64,000 nucleotides of DNA from Octopus sinensis. Lineage: Eukaryota. Shown in pieces: positions 25,241 to 37,597 of the stretch (the first letter of the stretch is position 1; each line of letters opens with the position of its first letter). Location of the stretch: contig NC_043008.1 in assembly GCF_006345805.1 (NCBI RefSeq), forward strand, positions 62,372,001 through 62,436,000, read 5' to 3'. The notes beneath the pieces are model-generated. The model saw nothing but the letters and a program-made list of their open reading frames with translations. It was not told where the DNA came from and did no database searches. A program made the translations under genes and the position numbers.

Positions 25241-26459
25241 TAATAATAATTTATCAACCCCAAATGGATGAAAGGCAAAGTTGACCTCGACAGAATTTGA
25301 ACTCAGAACGTAAAGACAGACGAAATACTGCTAAGCATTTTGCCTGGGATGCTAACGTTTCTGCCAGCTCACTGCCTTTTTTCCATTATTATTGTTACTA
25401 CTGCTGTTGTTGTTGTTGTTGTTATCATCACCACCATTATTAGTATTTTTATCATTAAGACAGTAAAGCAGCAGAATTATTAAAACACTGGAAGAAATGC
25501 TTTAAGGTATTTATTGGTCCCTAATCTTGAAATTCACACTTTGCATCTAGCTGAGCTTAGCTTTACTACTCATACTGTAGTATGAAAAGCATCAGTCCTA
25601 TACTGCAGTTGGTGGTATTGACTTATTCTTTCTCGTAAAAATCACTGAGCCTCTTCTTAAATTAGAAAAAAGTATCATTATAATTGTCAACATTATTTCT
25701 ATTATTCCTATCATGAGCAGTATTTCACCCGTCACTATGTTCTGAGTTCAAATTTCACCAAGGTCGATTTTATCTTTCATCCTTTCGGGGTTGATAAATT
25801 AAGTACCTATGAAGCACTGAGGTTGATGTAATCAACTATCCCCCTCCCCCAAATTTCAGACCTTGTACCTATAACAGAAAGGATTATTCCTATCATGATT
25901 GTTGATGATTTATTAGAATTTTTTGAGCACTGAACAAAATGCCTTATATTCTGTCCATTTATGTTCTGAGTCCAAATCCTCTGAAGATAATTTTTTCCTT
26001 TTCATGAAGGCAATGAAATAGAGAACTGTTCAAGAACCAAGAGCGATGCTATTAACTCCGATCTCCTCAAGTTTTTGCCCCTTGTGCCTAAATAAGGCAG
26101 AATCAATAGAATGTTTTACAAAATTCGTTATGGTAACCATTTCAGCATCTTACAAGCTCAGTTGAAATTCTTCAAAGTCAACTCTGTCTTTCATCCTTTC
26201 GGACTAACACAATAACATACTAATTAATTACTTGGATCGATGATGTTGAATAACTCCTCTCTTTCGAAGTTCCTGCCATTATGCTTCAATTAGAAACCAT
26301 TCTTGTTTCAAGTAATAGGCTCAGTTTCTCAATGTTGGCCTCAGTCATCAATCTGGTATGTTTTGGTTTTTGAGCCATTACACAGAAGGCTTGAGTTCTT
26401 GAGGGACATCCTACTTGGATGGAGAAATGAAGGAGCTATGTTAGTATACACAATGTCTC

Positions 26460-26690
26460 TTATTTCTTTATTGCCCACAAGGGGCTAAACACTGAGGGGA
26501 CAAACAAGGACATACAAAGGGATTAAGTTGATTACATCGACCCAGTGCGCAGCTGGTACTTAATTTATCGACCCCAAAAAGATGAAAGGCAAAGTCGACC
26601 TCAGCGGAATTTGAACTCAGAACGTAGTGGCAGACGAAATACCGCTAAGCATTTCACCTGGCGTGCTAATGTTTCTGCTAGCTCACTGCT
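26460..26690 (-). mobile_element. SINE family A1
   Basis: Full-length reverse-complement copy. Confidence 0.9.
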
Positions 26691-26782
26691 CACACAAAGT
26701 CTCTATTATGATGTCGGACACTCTAGAAATCAAGATGGTCAGCACCATATGAAAGATTATGAAATGGTAACTTGAAGACACA

Positions 26783-26976
26783 TTAATCTTTTAGCATTCA
26801 AACCGACCATATCCAGTCAAAATATTCTACCTGTTTTATGTTCAAATCAACCAAATCCAGGTCATTGTAAAAATAAAGAACCATATTATTGAAATCTGAA
26901 AGCTACAAGATAATGAATGTCCACTTCAAGACAATGTGAGTAAATAAGCATTACATTGTGAATGCTAAAGATTTAA
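26783..26976. mobile_element. piggyBac-like MITE
   Basis: TTAA at both ends with imperfect TIRs (ttaatcttttagcattca ... tgaatgctaaagatttaa). Confidence 0.6.
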
Positions 26977-27048
26977 AAAAGACAAGTTGGTGAGTTAGCA
27001 ATTCCGTTGTCTTAAGACACTTGAGAACTGGATCAATGGATATGAAGT

Positions 27049-27356
27049 TGTGCAGTGTGAGAATCCAAGACTGGACTGTATCCAGCTCTAATTCGTCCAG
27101 GGTGGTTAACGACAATAACCTGAGCATCAAAGGACTTTGTTTCCTCAGGAGGATCGTGCTTGCTGTCACCAGCCACATGCCCACAACGAAGCTCCTTTAC
27201 TGATACATTCTTAACGTTAAAACCAACGTTGTCTCCTGGCATAGCTTCTGGAAGTGACTCGTGATGCATATTTACAGACTTCACCTCAGTGGATATCAGG
27301 GCAGGTGCAAATGTTATGACGGTGCCAGGCTTCAAGACACCGGTCTCGGCTCTGCC
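27049..27356 (-). pseudogene. EEF1A: Intronless internal fragment of elongation factor 1-alpha (domain II/III), truncated at both ends
   Basis: [93 protein letters not shown]; homology stops there and a stop codon follows at 27033-27035. Confidence 0.92.
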
Positions 27357-27854
27357 CAGGATAGGGACAAACAGGGTTTAGAGGAATTGAACACAGAAAC
27401 TTAGGCAAAGGTGCTGAATGAAATCTTATATAACTTCTTGATATATTTTACCAAACCATATTTGCTTCAAGGTGATAGGTAGCTCTCTAAATTTTGTTCC
27501 ATCTCTTTACATTCCGAGTTCAAATTGCCTCAAGGTTAAATTTACCTTTTATCCTTCCAGGGTCATTAAAATAAAGTTCCAGTCAATTACTAGTATCAGT
27601 TTAATCCACCATATATTTACACCCAAATACTTCTGGTCTTATGCCTACGTTAGATACAGGTGAATTGATATTATTATTATTGTTGTTGTCGCCGTTAGTG
27701 TTGTTGTTGTTGTCATTACTTTAATGAGTTTTTCTCAGTTTTCTTGTTAATCTTTTTACAAAATTATTGCTTAAAATTCTGAATATAAGGACATATAATT
27801 TTGTTCTACGAGCTAATTACTCCATTACATTGGAATCCTGCGTTCGTATTTCCT

Positions 27855-27967
27855 GTTTATTATTATTATTATTATTATTTTGTTGTTGTTGTTGTTGTTA
27901 TTGCTGCATCTGTTGCTATTTTGTTGTTGCTATAATTATTTTAATTTTATCATCATCATCATCATCA

Positions 27968-27999
<32 letters not shown>

Positions 28000-28033
28000 G
28001 TTATTATTATTATTATTATTATCATCATGATCA

Positions 28034-28079
<46 letters not shown>

Positions 28080-28150
28080 TATTAGTATTATCATTATCAT
28101 TATCATTACTATTATTATTATTATTATTATTATCATTATTATTATTATTA

Positions 28151-28186
<36 letters not shown>

Positions 28187-28210
28187 TACTACTACTATTA
28201 CTACTACAAT
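27855..28210. repeat. (ATT/CAT/GTT)n tract
   Basis: Directly visible. Confidence 0.95.
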
Positions 28211-28730
28211 ACTCTAACAAACATTTAACAAACAAGCAAACAAACAAACAATCAGATAATAAGATTCCTGCACCACGCTGCAATTGTTGGCACATGCACT
28301 AAACTCCATGCTTGAAATCATTATCATCTATTCCTCCACTTTGATGTCATGGAAGGAGATGCTAACAATTAAGTTAGCATTTTTTTTGTTCTATATATTT
28401 TTCTTTCTTAAATTTATTCTTTAATGTAAAATTTTAATCACACACACACACATACACACACACAAAAAAAAAAAAAACGAGCAAATCCTAACATTTTTCT
28501 ACAATTCTCACATTTTTAGGTTTTCCACCAAAATTAATGGTTTCTCAATAATCCAACAATGCAAGAAATGTAATCAGATGACATTGGATCCAATAATTTG
28601 TTGTTTCAAATTTAAATTCTTCTAATATAACTGCATACAGTTTTTTATTTGTTTTGCTGAATTTTTTAAAGTTTTAATTATGTTTTAAGGGTGGATGCCT
28701 TCTCATTCTTTTATATTTTTATTTTCTTAC

Positions 28731-28877
28731 AGCATTTCTTTTTCCTTGATAATTCTCATCCATTTTCTGTGAAAGCTGCAGCTGACTGGATGGTGGAGGG
28801 CGAGGTTGTATTGGTGATTGGGTAGAATCTTTAACAAAGTCCACAGTGTTGAAAGTATATTCAGACCAAGTCTCAGG
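28731..28877 (-). other. Candidate 147-nt host exon (strand ambiguous)
   Basis: Minus strand ttacag|PETWSEYTFNTVDFVKDSTQSPIQPRPPPSSQLQLSQKMDENYQGKRNA|gtaaga; the same boundary also forms a strong plus-strand acceptor. Confidence 0.3.
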
Positions 28878-30536
28878 CTGTAATTAACAACCCTCGTTCC
28901 TGTCTCTCCTTCTTCCTTTCTCTCATTCCCCACTGCATTTATTCCTCCCATTTTCCTTTCATCCTTTTTCTCAATGCTTCCATCTCTCATTCATCCCTTC
29001 TTTTTTTGCTCTTCTCTTAGTTTCCTTTTACTCCTTCTTTTTCTCATTCCTTCTCTCATTCCTCTTTTATCAAGCTTACTTTACTACTCACAAGGAGCTA
29101 AACACAGACGAGACAAACAAGGACAGACAAATGGATTAAGTCGATTATATCAACCCCAGTGCATAACTGGTACTTATTTAATTGACTCCCAAAAGGATGA
29201 AAGACAAAATTGACCTTGGTGGAATTTGAACTCAGAACGTAGCAACAGACGAAATGCTGCTAAAAGAACAAAAGATTGAAGTAATTATATGCAAGTGGGA
29301 GCAGTGTGTAATATACGAATGTTCCGTCAGTTTGTATGAATATATTCAAATCCTGTTTAATATCATCTAACCTTGAAAAGTACTGAGCTCTTCAAAATGG
29401 AAATTTCAAATATGCTATATGTGGCATAATGGTAAATTCTTCAATATCTTTTTCAACTGATGAGGTTATGGCAGACACAGCATTATTGTGGGTTGGGGGG
29501 GGGGTCAACAAATCTGTAACTCTACACAAAGTTATTTGTAACTTAAAGAGCTTCAATGCAATACATATGACATTTAATAAGATGACTTGATTTGTTTTAT
29601 TCATAAATAATTTCAGAGAGTATACATATGCGTATATATGACAGTGTGTCTATGTATGTGTGCGTGTGGGTATGTGTGTGTGTGTATGTGTGCATGTATT
29701 TATTTTTTGGGATATATGCATGTATCTGTATGTGTATATATCTTCATCATTTAACATCTATTGTCCATGCTGGCATGGGTTGGATGGTTTGACCAGGTCT
29801 GGCAAGCTGAGGGGCTGTACCAAATTCCGGTCTGATTAGGCATGATTTCTATGGCTGGATGCCCTTCCTAACACTAACCACTCTGAGAGTGTAATGGGGG
29901 ATTTTACATGGCACTTGCATGACACCAGTGTCTGCCACAACTACCACTTGATGTATCTTCTACTCAAGCAGAGCATGTTTCCAAATGTCTCAGTTATTTG
30001 CCATTCCCTCCATGAGGCCCAACGTTCAAAAGGTGCTTTATACGTGCCACCAGCACAGGTGCTAGTTGGGCAGCTCTGGCACAGGTGCTAGTTACACTGG
30101 CATTGGCTACATTACCCCCCTCCCCCTGTGAGAGCCAACACTTGAAAGGTGCTTTTCCATACCACCGTCACAATATATAACCCTTTTTTGTATCACCTGG
30201 ATGTTTTGCATTCTTATCCCATTGATGTATTATATAGAATAAAACTTTATATATAAAGAACGTGAAATTCACGAATTGACGAACACGGAAAACAGACAGT
30301 CATTCAGAGCCTTCATTCTTCAGTCAGAAACCGATTTATCATGGCAAATTTCGGCTGTATATATATATATATAAATGACAGGTTTTTTTCAGTTTCTGTC
30401 AACGAAATCCACTCACAAGGTTTTAGTTGGCCCAAGGCTATAGTAGAAGACACTTGCTGAAGGTGCCACACAGTGGGACTGAACCAAGAACCATGTGGTT
30501 GGTAAGCAAGCTACATACCACACAGCCACTCCTACA

Positions 30537-30577
<41 letters not shown>

Positions 30578-30579
<2 letters not shown>

Positions 30580-30843
30580 TAGCAGTATCGCCCGGCGTTG
30601 CGGTTTGTTTTGACTCTTTAGAACTGGAATTTTTGAAAAGTAAAAATTTGGCAGCATGTAGATTATTATTCTCTTTAATTGAAATACACTGAAAAATGGC
30701 AACACAGCAGTCAAAACATTGTTTAAAAATGGGATTTTCACAGAAAAAAGGCACCTTTTTGATGTAAATAATTTTTGGTGTTAACATGGTCCGATTTGAA
30801 TTTTCTCTTCTACGGAAGGAAGAGTTAGCCTTCTTCTATCATA

Positions 30844-30905
<62 letters not shown>

Positions 30906-30977
30906 CATACATGTATATATGACGATATATATATATATATTATATATATATATATACATACATACATGTATATATGA

Positions 30978-31014
<37 letters not shown>

Positions 31015-31031
31015 CATACATGTATATATGA

Positions 31032-31072
<41 letters not shown>

Positions 31073-31482
31073 TACGAAAAAACCTTCCAGGCTACATCCT
31101 GAAAATTCATTTCTTTGCCGAATTTCTACAAATGTTTACATTGATTCATTTTTATATCTTGATTTTTAAATTTTTCATGCAATTTACGCATGCTTCCATG
31201 CGTGGTGAACACAGTTCATGTCAAACAGCTGCCTGAGTAAAGTTCACTATTCAATTAATGGGATAAGGCCTAAACAAACACATTATCGATTTTTGCACTT
31301 GCGAGATGAATTTCGGAACAGAAATAGCGCAGTTCAATTTTCATTTGCCTAAACTTTAAGTGACCCATTTTTGGTGGTTCTACGATTTATTGGCTAGGAG
31401 GAGATGTGCTGGGAAGTTAAACACACAGACACACACACAGATACACACACAGACACACGCATTGAGTTTTATATACATAGAT
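30578..31482 (+). mobile_element. Helitron-like non-autonomous element with internal (TA)n expansion (related 5' end on the minus strand at ~18225-18250)
   Basis: 5' actagcagtatcgcccggcgttgc; 3' (CA/CAGA)n...ttgagttttatatacatagat, similar to the layout of microsatellite-bearing Helitron derivatives. Confidence 0.5.
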
Positions 31483-31516
31483 ATATATATATAATTAATG
31501 AGAGAGACTTACTTTG

Positions 31517-32134
31517 GAATCTTTCCTGGGTAGAACCATCACAAATGATGAAAAGTAGGTTCTCTATAGCCAAATACAATAAAAATGACAATGGTTAGCA
31601 TAGCACCCAAGCAAAAAGGAGAATCTATTCCCAAACCAGGACTATGCTCATAACTATTTATGCTGTGTGTTCGTTGGGATATGAAAAGTCTCATTTATTA
31701 TGAAGTGTTAAACCAAAACGAAGACATCTAATGCTGGGAAGTGTTTGTTAGCAACACAAAGTGTAGCACAAAATTTTGCAGATAAAGCACTTGTCTTTGA
31801 TCAATTGTAAAGAGCTGTTAGTCTTGCATTATGAATAAGGCTACATATTATCCAAGTCATTCAGGAAAAGATTATGCAATAGAATATGGGAGATTTGTCT
31901 TGCACTTCTTACTTTTATAATCTTGTTCCATCTGACATTCATCTTTTCAGACCATGGCAACATAATTTAGAGGGAAAAACGGTTTATTAAAAATGAAGAC
32001 ATTGAAATATTTCTTTGAATATTCAATGCTTCTTTGCTTTGACACCAGAAGAATTTTGTGCCTGAGGGGCCGGCAATTTGCCAAATACATGAGACTATGT
32101 TATCAATAACAAGTTGTAATATTATCCTGATTAA
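31517..32134 (+). mobile_element. Third mariner transposase relic (catalytic domain)
   Basis: ESFLGRTITNDEK*V...MLCVRWDMKSLIYYEVL...LVPSDIHLFRPWQHNLEG...NLPNT.DYVINN..YYPD*. Confidence 0.8.
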
Positions 32135-32322
32135 GGCAGCGAGCTGGCAGAATTGTTAGCATGCTGGTCAGAATGCTTAGCGACATTTCGTCTGTCTTCT
32201 TGTTCTGAGTTCAAATTACACCGAAGTTCACTTTACCTGCCATCTTTTGGGGTCAATAAAATAAGTACTAGTTGAGTACTTGGGTCGTTGCAGTCGACTT
32301 CCTTTTCTTACTTGTGATGTGA

Positions 32323-32733
32323 CAGGATTGTATTACCAGGACTGTATTACCAGGACTGTATTACCAGGATTGTATTACCAGGCCTGTATTACCAGGACTG
32401 TATTACCAGGACTGTGTTACAGGACTGTATTACAGGACTGTATTAGCAACACTGTATTACCAGGACTGTATTACCAGCACTGTATTACAAGCATTGTATT
32501 ACAGGACTGTATTACCAGGACTGTTTTACAGGACTGTATTACTAGAACCATATTACCAGGACTGTATTATAGGACTGTAATACAGGACTGTATTACCAGG
32601 ACTGTATTACCAAGGCTGTATTACCAGGACTGTATTACAGGACTGCATTACCAGGACTGTATTACCAGGTCTGTATTACCAAGACTGTATTACCAAGACT
32701 GTATTACTAGGACTGTATTACCAGGACTGTATT
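32323..32733. repeat. 14-bp minisatellite (CCAGGACTGTATTA)n with 12-bp variants
   Basis: Directly visible, roughly 30 units. Confidence 0.95.
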
Positions 32734-34085
32734 AGAAAGGAATGAAAGAATTAAAATATCCATACCAGTCAAGTTGTGGGAATTATGTTAATCAAGAGTT
32801 CCTTCCCACGAAGTTTCGAGCCTTGTTGTTACATTCTCCATGAAGGGAACACAAGCTAATTTTTCTCCCTCCATTGACTATCAGCACAATAAACTGGATA
32901 CTGAACAAATCAAGGTAATAAAGAACATGGTGGTGATGATGGTGGTGGTGGTGGTGGTGGTGGTGGTGGTGTCGGTAGCAATGGCGATTCCGGTGATGTT
33001 AATAAGGGAGGTGAAGAAACTTAAATACAGGGATGAAAATGGAGGTGGTTATGCTACTGGTGGCTACAATGATAATGTTAATTTAACTGGTAGTGATGAT
33101 TGAGATGACATTGATGAAATAAATCAGAATACAAGGCCAAAAATAAACCAAAAAATTTACATAAAAATCAAGAAAGCGTGCACTCATTCGAAATGCATTA
33201 TGAATGCTTCCTTGCAGCTATAATTTTTGGTAATAACTGAACAGTTCCAATTGAGGCAAGAAATGGTTGAGAATATGATTTTCATTATACATTAGAAGTG
33301 ATGTTTAATTTTTCATAATTCCACATCGAAGTAGCAAAAGAATTTATAAAAACAAAACTCAGAAAAGACAACAAATTAGAGTTGTTCCTTTTTCTTTGTT
33401 TTTATTTTAATTTTTTTTTTCTCTGAGTACAATCTTCTGTAACTGAGATCCTACAAATAATTCTTCATTATATTTCCAACATGACAATACCAGATGTTAA
33501 ATATAACATTAAAAGGCAGTAAAATAATGGCTGCCATCTCCTTTATTGCAATGTTCCCTGTCATTTTAGGATTTTGGTAAAATATGCACAACAAATGCAA
33601 AGCACTGCAAGGCAACATGCAACTTGGCAACACGAATTGTTTCTGTTTTTATTTTAATGTGAAACGAAAGAGGCAGAGCCAGGAATTTGAGCAAGAGTTA
33701 GACTGTTATAAAATAATATATTGTTATGAATTTGCAGTGAAAAAATTTTGTTATTGAATGGAGTACTAAGATCTGTAGCACAAATTTCAGTATCACCAGT
33801 AAAAACGTGTGAAGGAACATGCCATAGGCTAGATAAATGTTCTAACGATAAAATTCCATATGAAATAAGCCTAGGTTTATTACAATCTATTAAAGACCCT
33901 TCTTAGGCAATGTCATGAATCAATAAACAAAATAGCAGTCAAATATGCTAAATTCTTTTGTTTTACATTTCACTCCCTCTCTCTTTCTATTATGTAACTC
34001 CTTCAAAACCGACTTTCCCTTTTTCTATGATACCAACTTTCTGTTTTAAAATGATATGAATTAAAACCTATCAAACTTATCATTA

Positions 34086-34178
34086 GTGTGTGATCGTTGC
34101 ATTGACATGGCGGCAAAAGCTGAGCAGACAATCTGCATCAAATTTTGCGTATAGATTGGCAATACCTGCTCAGAGGCC
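34086..34178 (+). mobile_element. mariner transposase N-terminal stub
   Basis: ATG at 34107: MAAKAEQTICIKFCV*IGNTCSEA. Confidence 0.7.
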
Positions 34179-34592
34179 TCTTTACTCTTTTACTTGTTTC
34201 AGTCATTTGACTGTGGCCATGCTGGAGCACCGACTTTAATCGAGCAACTCGTCCCCAGGTTTTATTCTTTTGTAAGCCTAGTACTTATTCTATCGGTCTC
34301 TTTTGCCGAACCGCTAAGTAACGGGGACATAAACACACCAGCATCAGTTGTCAAGCAATGCTAGGGGGACAAACACAGACACACAAACACACACACATGC
34401 ATATATATATATATACATAAATACGACGGGCTTCTTTCAGTTTCCGTCCACCAAATCCACTCACAAGGCTTTGGTCGGCCCAAGGCTATAGTAGAAGGCG
34501 TTTGCCCAAGGTGCCACGCAGTGGGACTGAACCCGAAACCAAACCATGTGGTTGGTAAACAAGCTACTTACCACACAGCCTCTCCTGCGCCT
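34179..34592 (-). mobile_element. SINE family B, full length
   Basis: Reverse complement of the family B layout. Confidence 0.9.
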
Positions 34593-35110
34593 ATGCAATG
34601 TTTTTTAAAAAGTTCTCATTCTTCTTGATACAGTCAAGGAGATCATGTGCAACTGAAGCTTGAGTATCTACCTTTGGTTAGCTGAAAGCAGTTTTGGCAC
34701 AAACTTGGAAGACATGAATCTCATACCCAAAGCTTCAGTGATAATGGACTGAACCAAATGTTAACTAATTTTTCACATCTTCTGATAACCCACGGATGGT
34801 GATCTGACGATATCACTTCACAGCTGCATGCACATCTGCGATGTTTTTCTCAGTTCTGTTAGTTGCGGGTCTCGCTGAGTGTTTGTCAATATCAACATTT
34901 TTTGACCATCTTGGAAATGTCTGAACCACTTGTACGCTTGTGTGCGGCTCATACACTCCTCTCCATACACTTTCTGTAATTTTGCATAGACCTCTGAACA
35001 GGTATCACCATGATAACTTTCTCTGACATAGTCAATGCGATGATCACACGCTACACACCTTCCTTCCAAGCCCTGCTGTAAACAGTGTAAATGGGCTAGA
35101 ACGTAAAAAA
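34593..35110 (-). mobile_element. mariner transposase N-terminal half relic
   Basis: DTCSEVYAKLQKVYGEECMSRTQAYKWFRHFQDG...ITIRGLSED...GMRFMSSKFVPKLLSANQ...SVAHDLLDC. Confidence 0.85.
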
Positions 35111-36151
35111 CTTAGTGCTCATGCACAGCATATGTATGTGTATGTGTATATGCTTGTGTGTCTGTGTTTGTCACCCCCAACATCGCTTGACAACCAATTC
35201 TGGTGTGTTTATATCCCCGAAATTTAGCGGTTCAGCAAAAGAGACCGATAGAATAAGTACTAGGCTTACAAAGAATAAGTTCTGAGGTCGATTTGCTTGA
35301 CTAAAAGGTGGTGCTCCAGCATGGCTACAGTCAAATGACTGAAACAAGTGAAAGAGTAAAAGAGAGAGTAAGAGTATATAGAGATAAGTACGTGTGCATG
35401 TCTGTATATGTATGTGTGTGTGTGTGTGTGTTTACGTGTCTGTGTATTTCTATATCTATGTGTGTGTATGTAAACGGAATTGTGTGTCTTTGAGTTTGCG
35501 TTTGTCCATCCACCACGTGACAACTAATGTTGGTTTGTTTACATCCCTACATCATAAGAGTTCAGTGATAGAGAGCAATAAAACAAGTATTAGATTCAGA
35601 AATACATTCTGACGTAGATTTGTTCAGCTAAAACCTTCACAGCAGTATTCCAGCATGGCCTCGCTCCAACCATTGAAACAACCAAAGAAATAAAAAATAA
35701 AAGAGCACTATTTCAATTCTGAATTTTTTTTTCTGCCTTGTGCCTCCACATGAAACAGTTGATATTCAGTTTCTTTTGATACAAGATTTTTTTCACTTTC
35801 TTATTCTGCTCTATGTTAATTTTTGGTAAGATTTTTTTGAGACTGTAAATTAAAAAATAAAAAATACGAAAAATCATCATGAAAAGCTAACAATAAAACC
35901 ATTTACTATAACTGATTTGTTACAGATTTCAAATCTATTCCCTTTAATCAATACAGAGTTTCAAAATACTTCAAATACCACTTGAATGTCATTTGCATTG
36001 AGCAAGATGAACTTGAGGTAATATCTATATGTATGTATATTGAATTGGTTGCCTATTTTAACATCTTATTCTGGAAAAAAAAATGTCATTTCTCATTAAT
36101 CTATTGTGAAAGCTGTCTTTTTGTGGCAGAGCCAAATAAACTGACAAATAC

Positions 36152-36207
36152 CTGCATGAGTTTCTTGACAATTCACCAAAACACCAATCTACTGTAGATG
36201 GTAACCA
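36152..36207 (-). other. Candidate 56-nt host exon
   Basis: catttctttccatttcag| ... CAG|gtattt; one open frame, WLPSTVDWCFGELSRNSC; no protein recognised. Confidence 0.3.
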
Positions 36208-36552
36208 CTGAAATGGAAAGAAATGTCTACGTATTGGTATCATCCAAAGATATATATTTTAGCTTCGTGACTCTACAGGAAACGATAGATATTTTGGTCA
36301 CTTACCTCTGTCTTTCTTGCTCTTATACTCTTTTACTCTTTTACTTGTTTCAGTCATTTGAGCGCAGCCATGCTGAAGCACCGCCTTTAGTCGAGCAAAT
36401 CGACCCCAGGACTTATTCTTTGTAAGCCTAGTACTTATTCTATCGGTCTATTTTGCTGAACTGCTAGGTTACAGGGACGTAAACACAACAGCATTGGTTG
36501 TCAAGCGATGTTGGGGGAACAAACAAAGACACACAAACATATACACACACAT

Positions 36553-36608
<56 letters not shown>

Positions 36609-36615
36609 TATATAT

Positions 36616-36962
36616 ATAATGTAAAGTATAGAAGCCATCTTAACATGGCTAACCACATAGGGGAGGGGGTGTTACTGTAGCTTTATAGCCCCAAGAGATC
36701 GTCGTCTCCAGCTGGCTTTAGACACCATTTCAGTGCCCTTGAAGTATTTGCAAAGGGAGGCCATCCCTTCCTCGCAAGCCTGAGTGATACGCTCGGACTA
36801 GTTTCGGGATTTTTGTCCCTTGTCAACGGGCAAATACTTCAAGGGCACTGAAATGGTGTCTAAGCCAGCTGGAGACGACGATCTCTTGGAGCTATAAAGC
36901 TACAGTACACCCCTCCCCTATGTGGTTAGCCATGTTAAGATGGCTTCTATACTTTACATTAT
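36616..36962. repeat. Inverted repeat, ~135-bp arms and a 78-bp spacer
   Basis: Arms 36616-36751 and 36830-36962. Confidence 0.95.
36791..36831 (-). ncRNA. Minimal type I hammerhead ribozyme motif (decayed core)
   Basis: GCCCG-UUGACAA-GGGA-caaaaa-UCCC-GAAA-CUAG-UC-CGAGC: stems I and II, palindromic ACUAGU stem III and a GUC cleavage triplet; the core differs from CUGACGA by two transitions. Confidence 0.65.
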
Positions 36963-37004
36963 CGAGCGATTACTGTTTCAATCTCATTCTGAGATTTAAT
37001 AATG

Positions 37005-37043
<39 letters not shown>

Positions 37044-37597
37044 AATTAAGATAAAACCACTATTAAGCAACTCAAACAGTGATAGACATAAACCAATACA
37101 TAAATAAATATATATTTTTATAAAGGAAGCCCGTCGTATATATATCTATATATATATACATATATACGACAGGCTTCCTTCAGTTTCCATCTACCAAATC
37201 CGCTCATAAGGCTTTGGCTGGCCCAAAGCTATAGTAAAAGACACTGCCCAAGGTGCCGTGCAGTGGGAATGAACCTAGAACCATGTGATTCGTAAGCAAG
37301 CTACTTACCACACAGCCACTCCTGCACTTATTAAAAATGTAGGGTTTTCCGCACCAGTGGGACTCAAACCCAGACCTCTATGCTTTTGCAACAAGTATGC
37401 TGCCATTTCACCAGCGACTCTCCTCAATAACTATTTTAGAAAAGGGTCCTTGAGGTTGAAATTTAGAAGATAAGTAGGAACCCTCTTTTATTAAAAACGA
37501 ATTGTAAGAATTTTAAAATCTTCACACAGTTACATCACCACTATTTTACCTCTCTTCCCAGCTTCATTGTTTTTACTCCTATATTTTATAATGTAAA

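Noticed and set aside
27033-27335. Functional EF1-alpha gene
   Set aside because: There is no GTPase domain or C-terminus nearby, conserved residues are substituted, and homology is lost just before a premature stop.
32280-32735. 151-aa repetitive protein
   Set aside because: It is a read-through of the 14-bp minisatellite.
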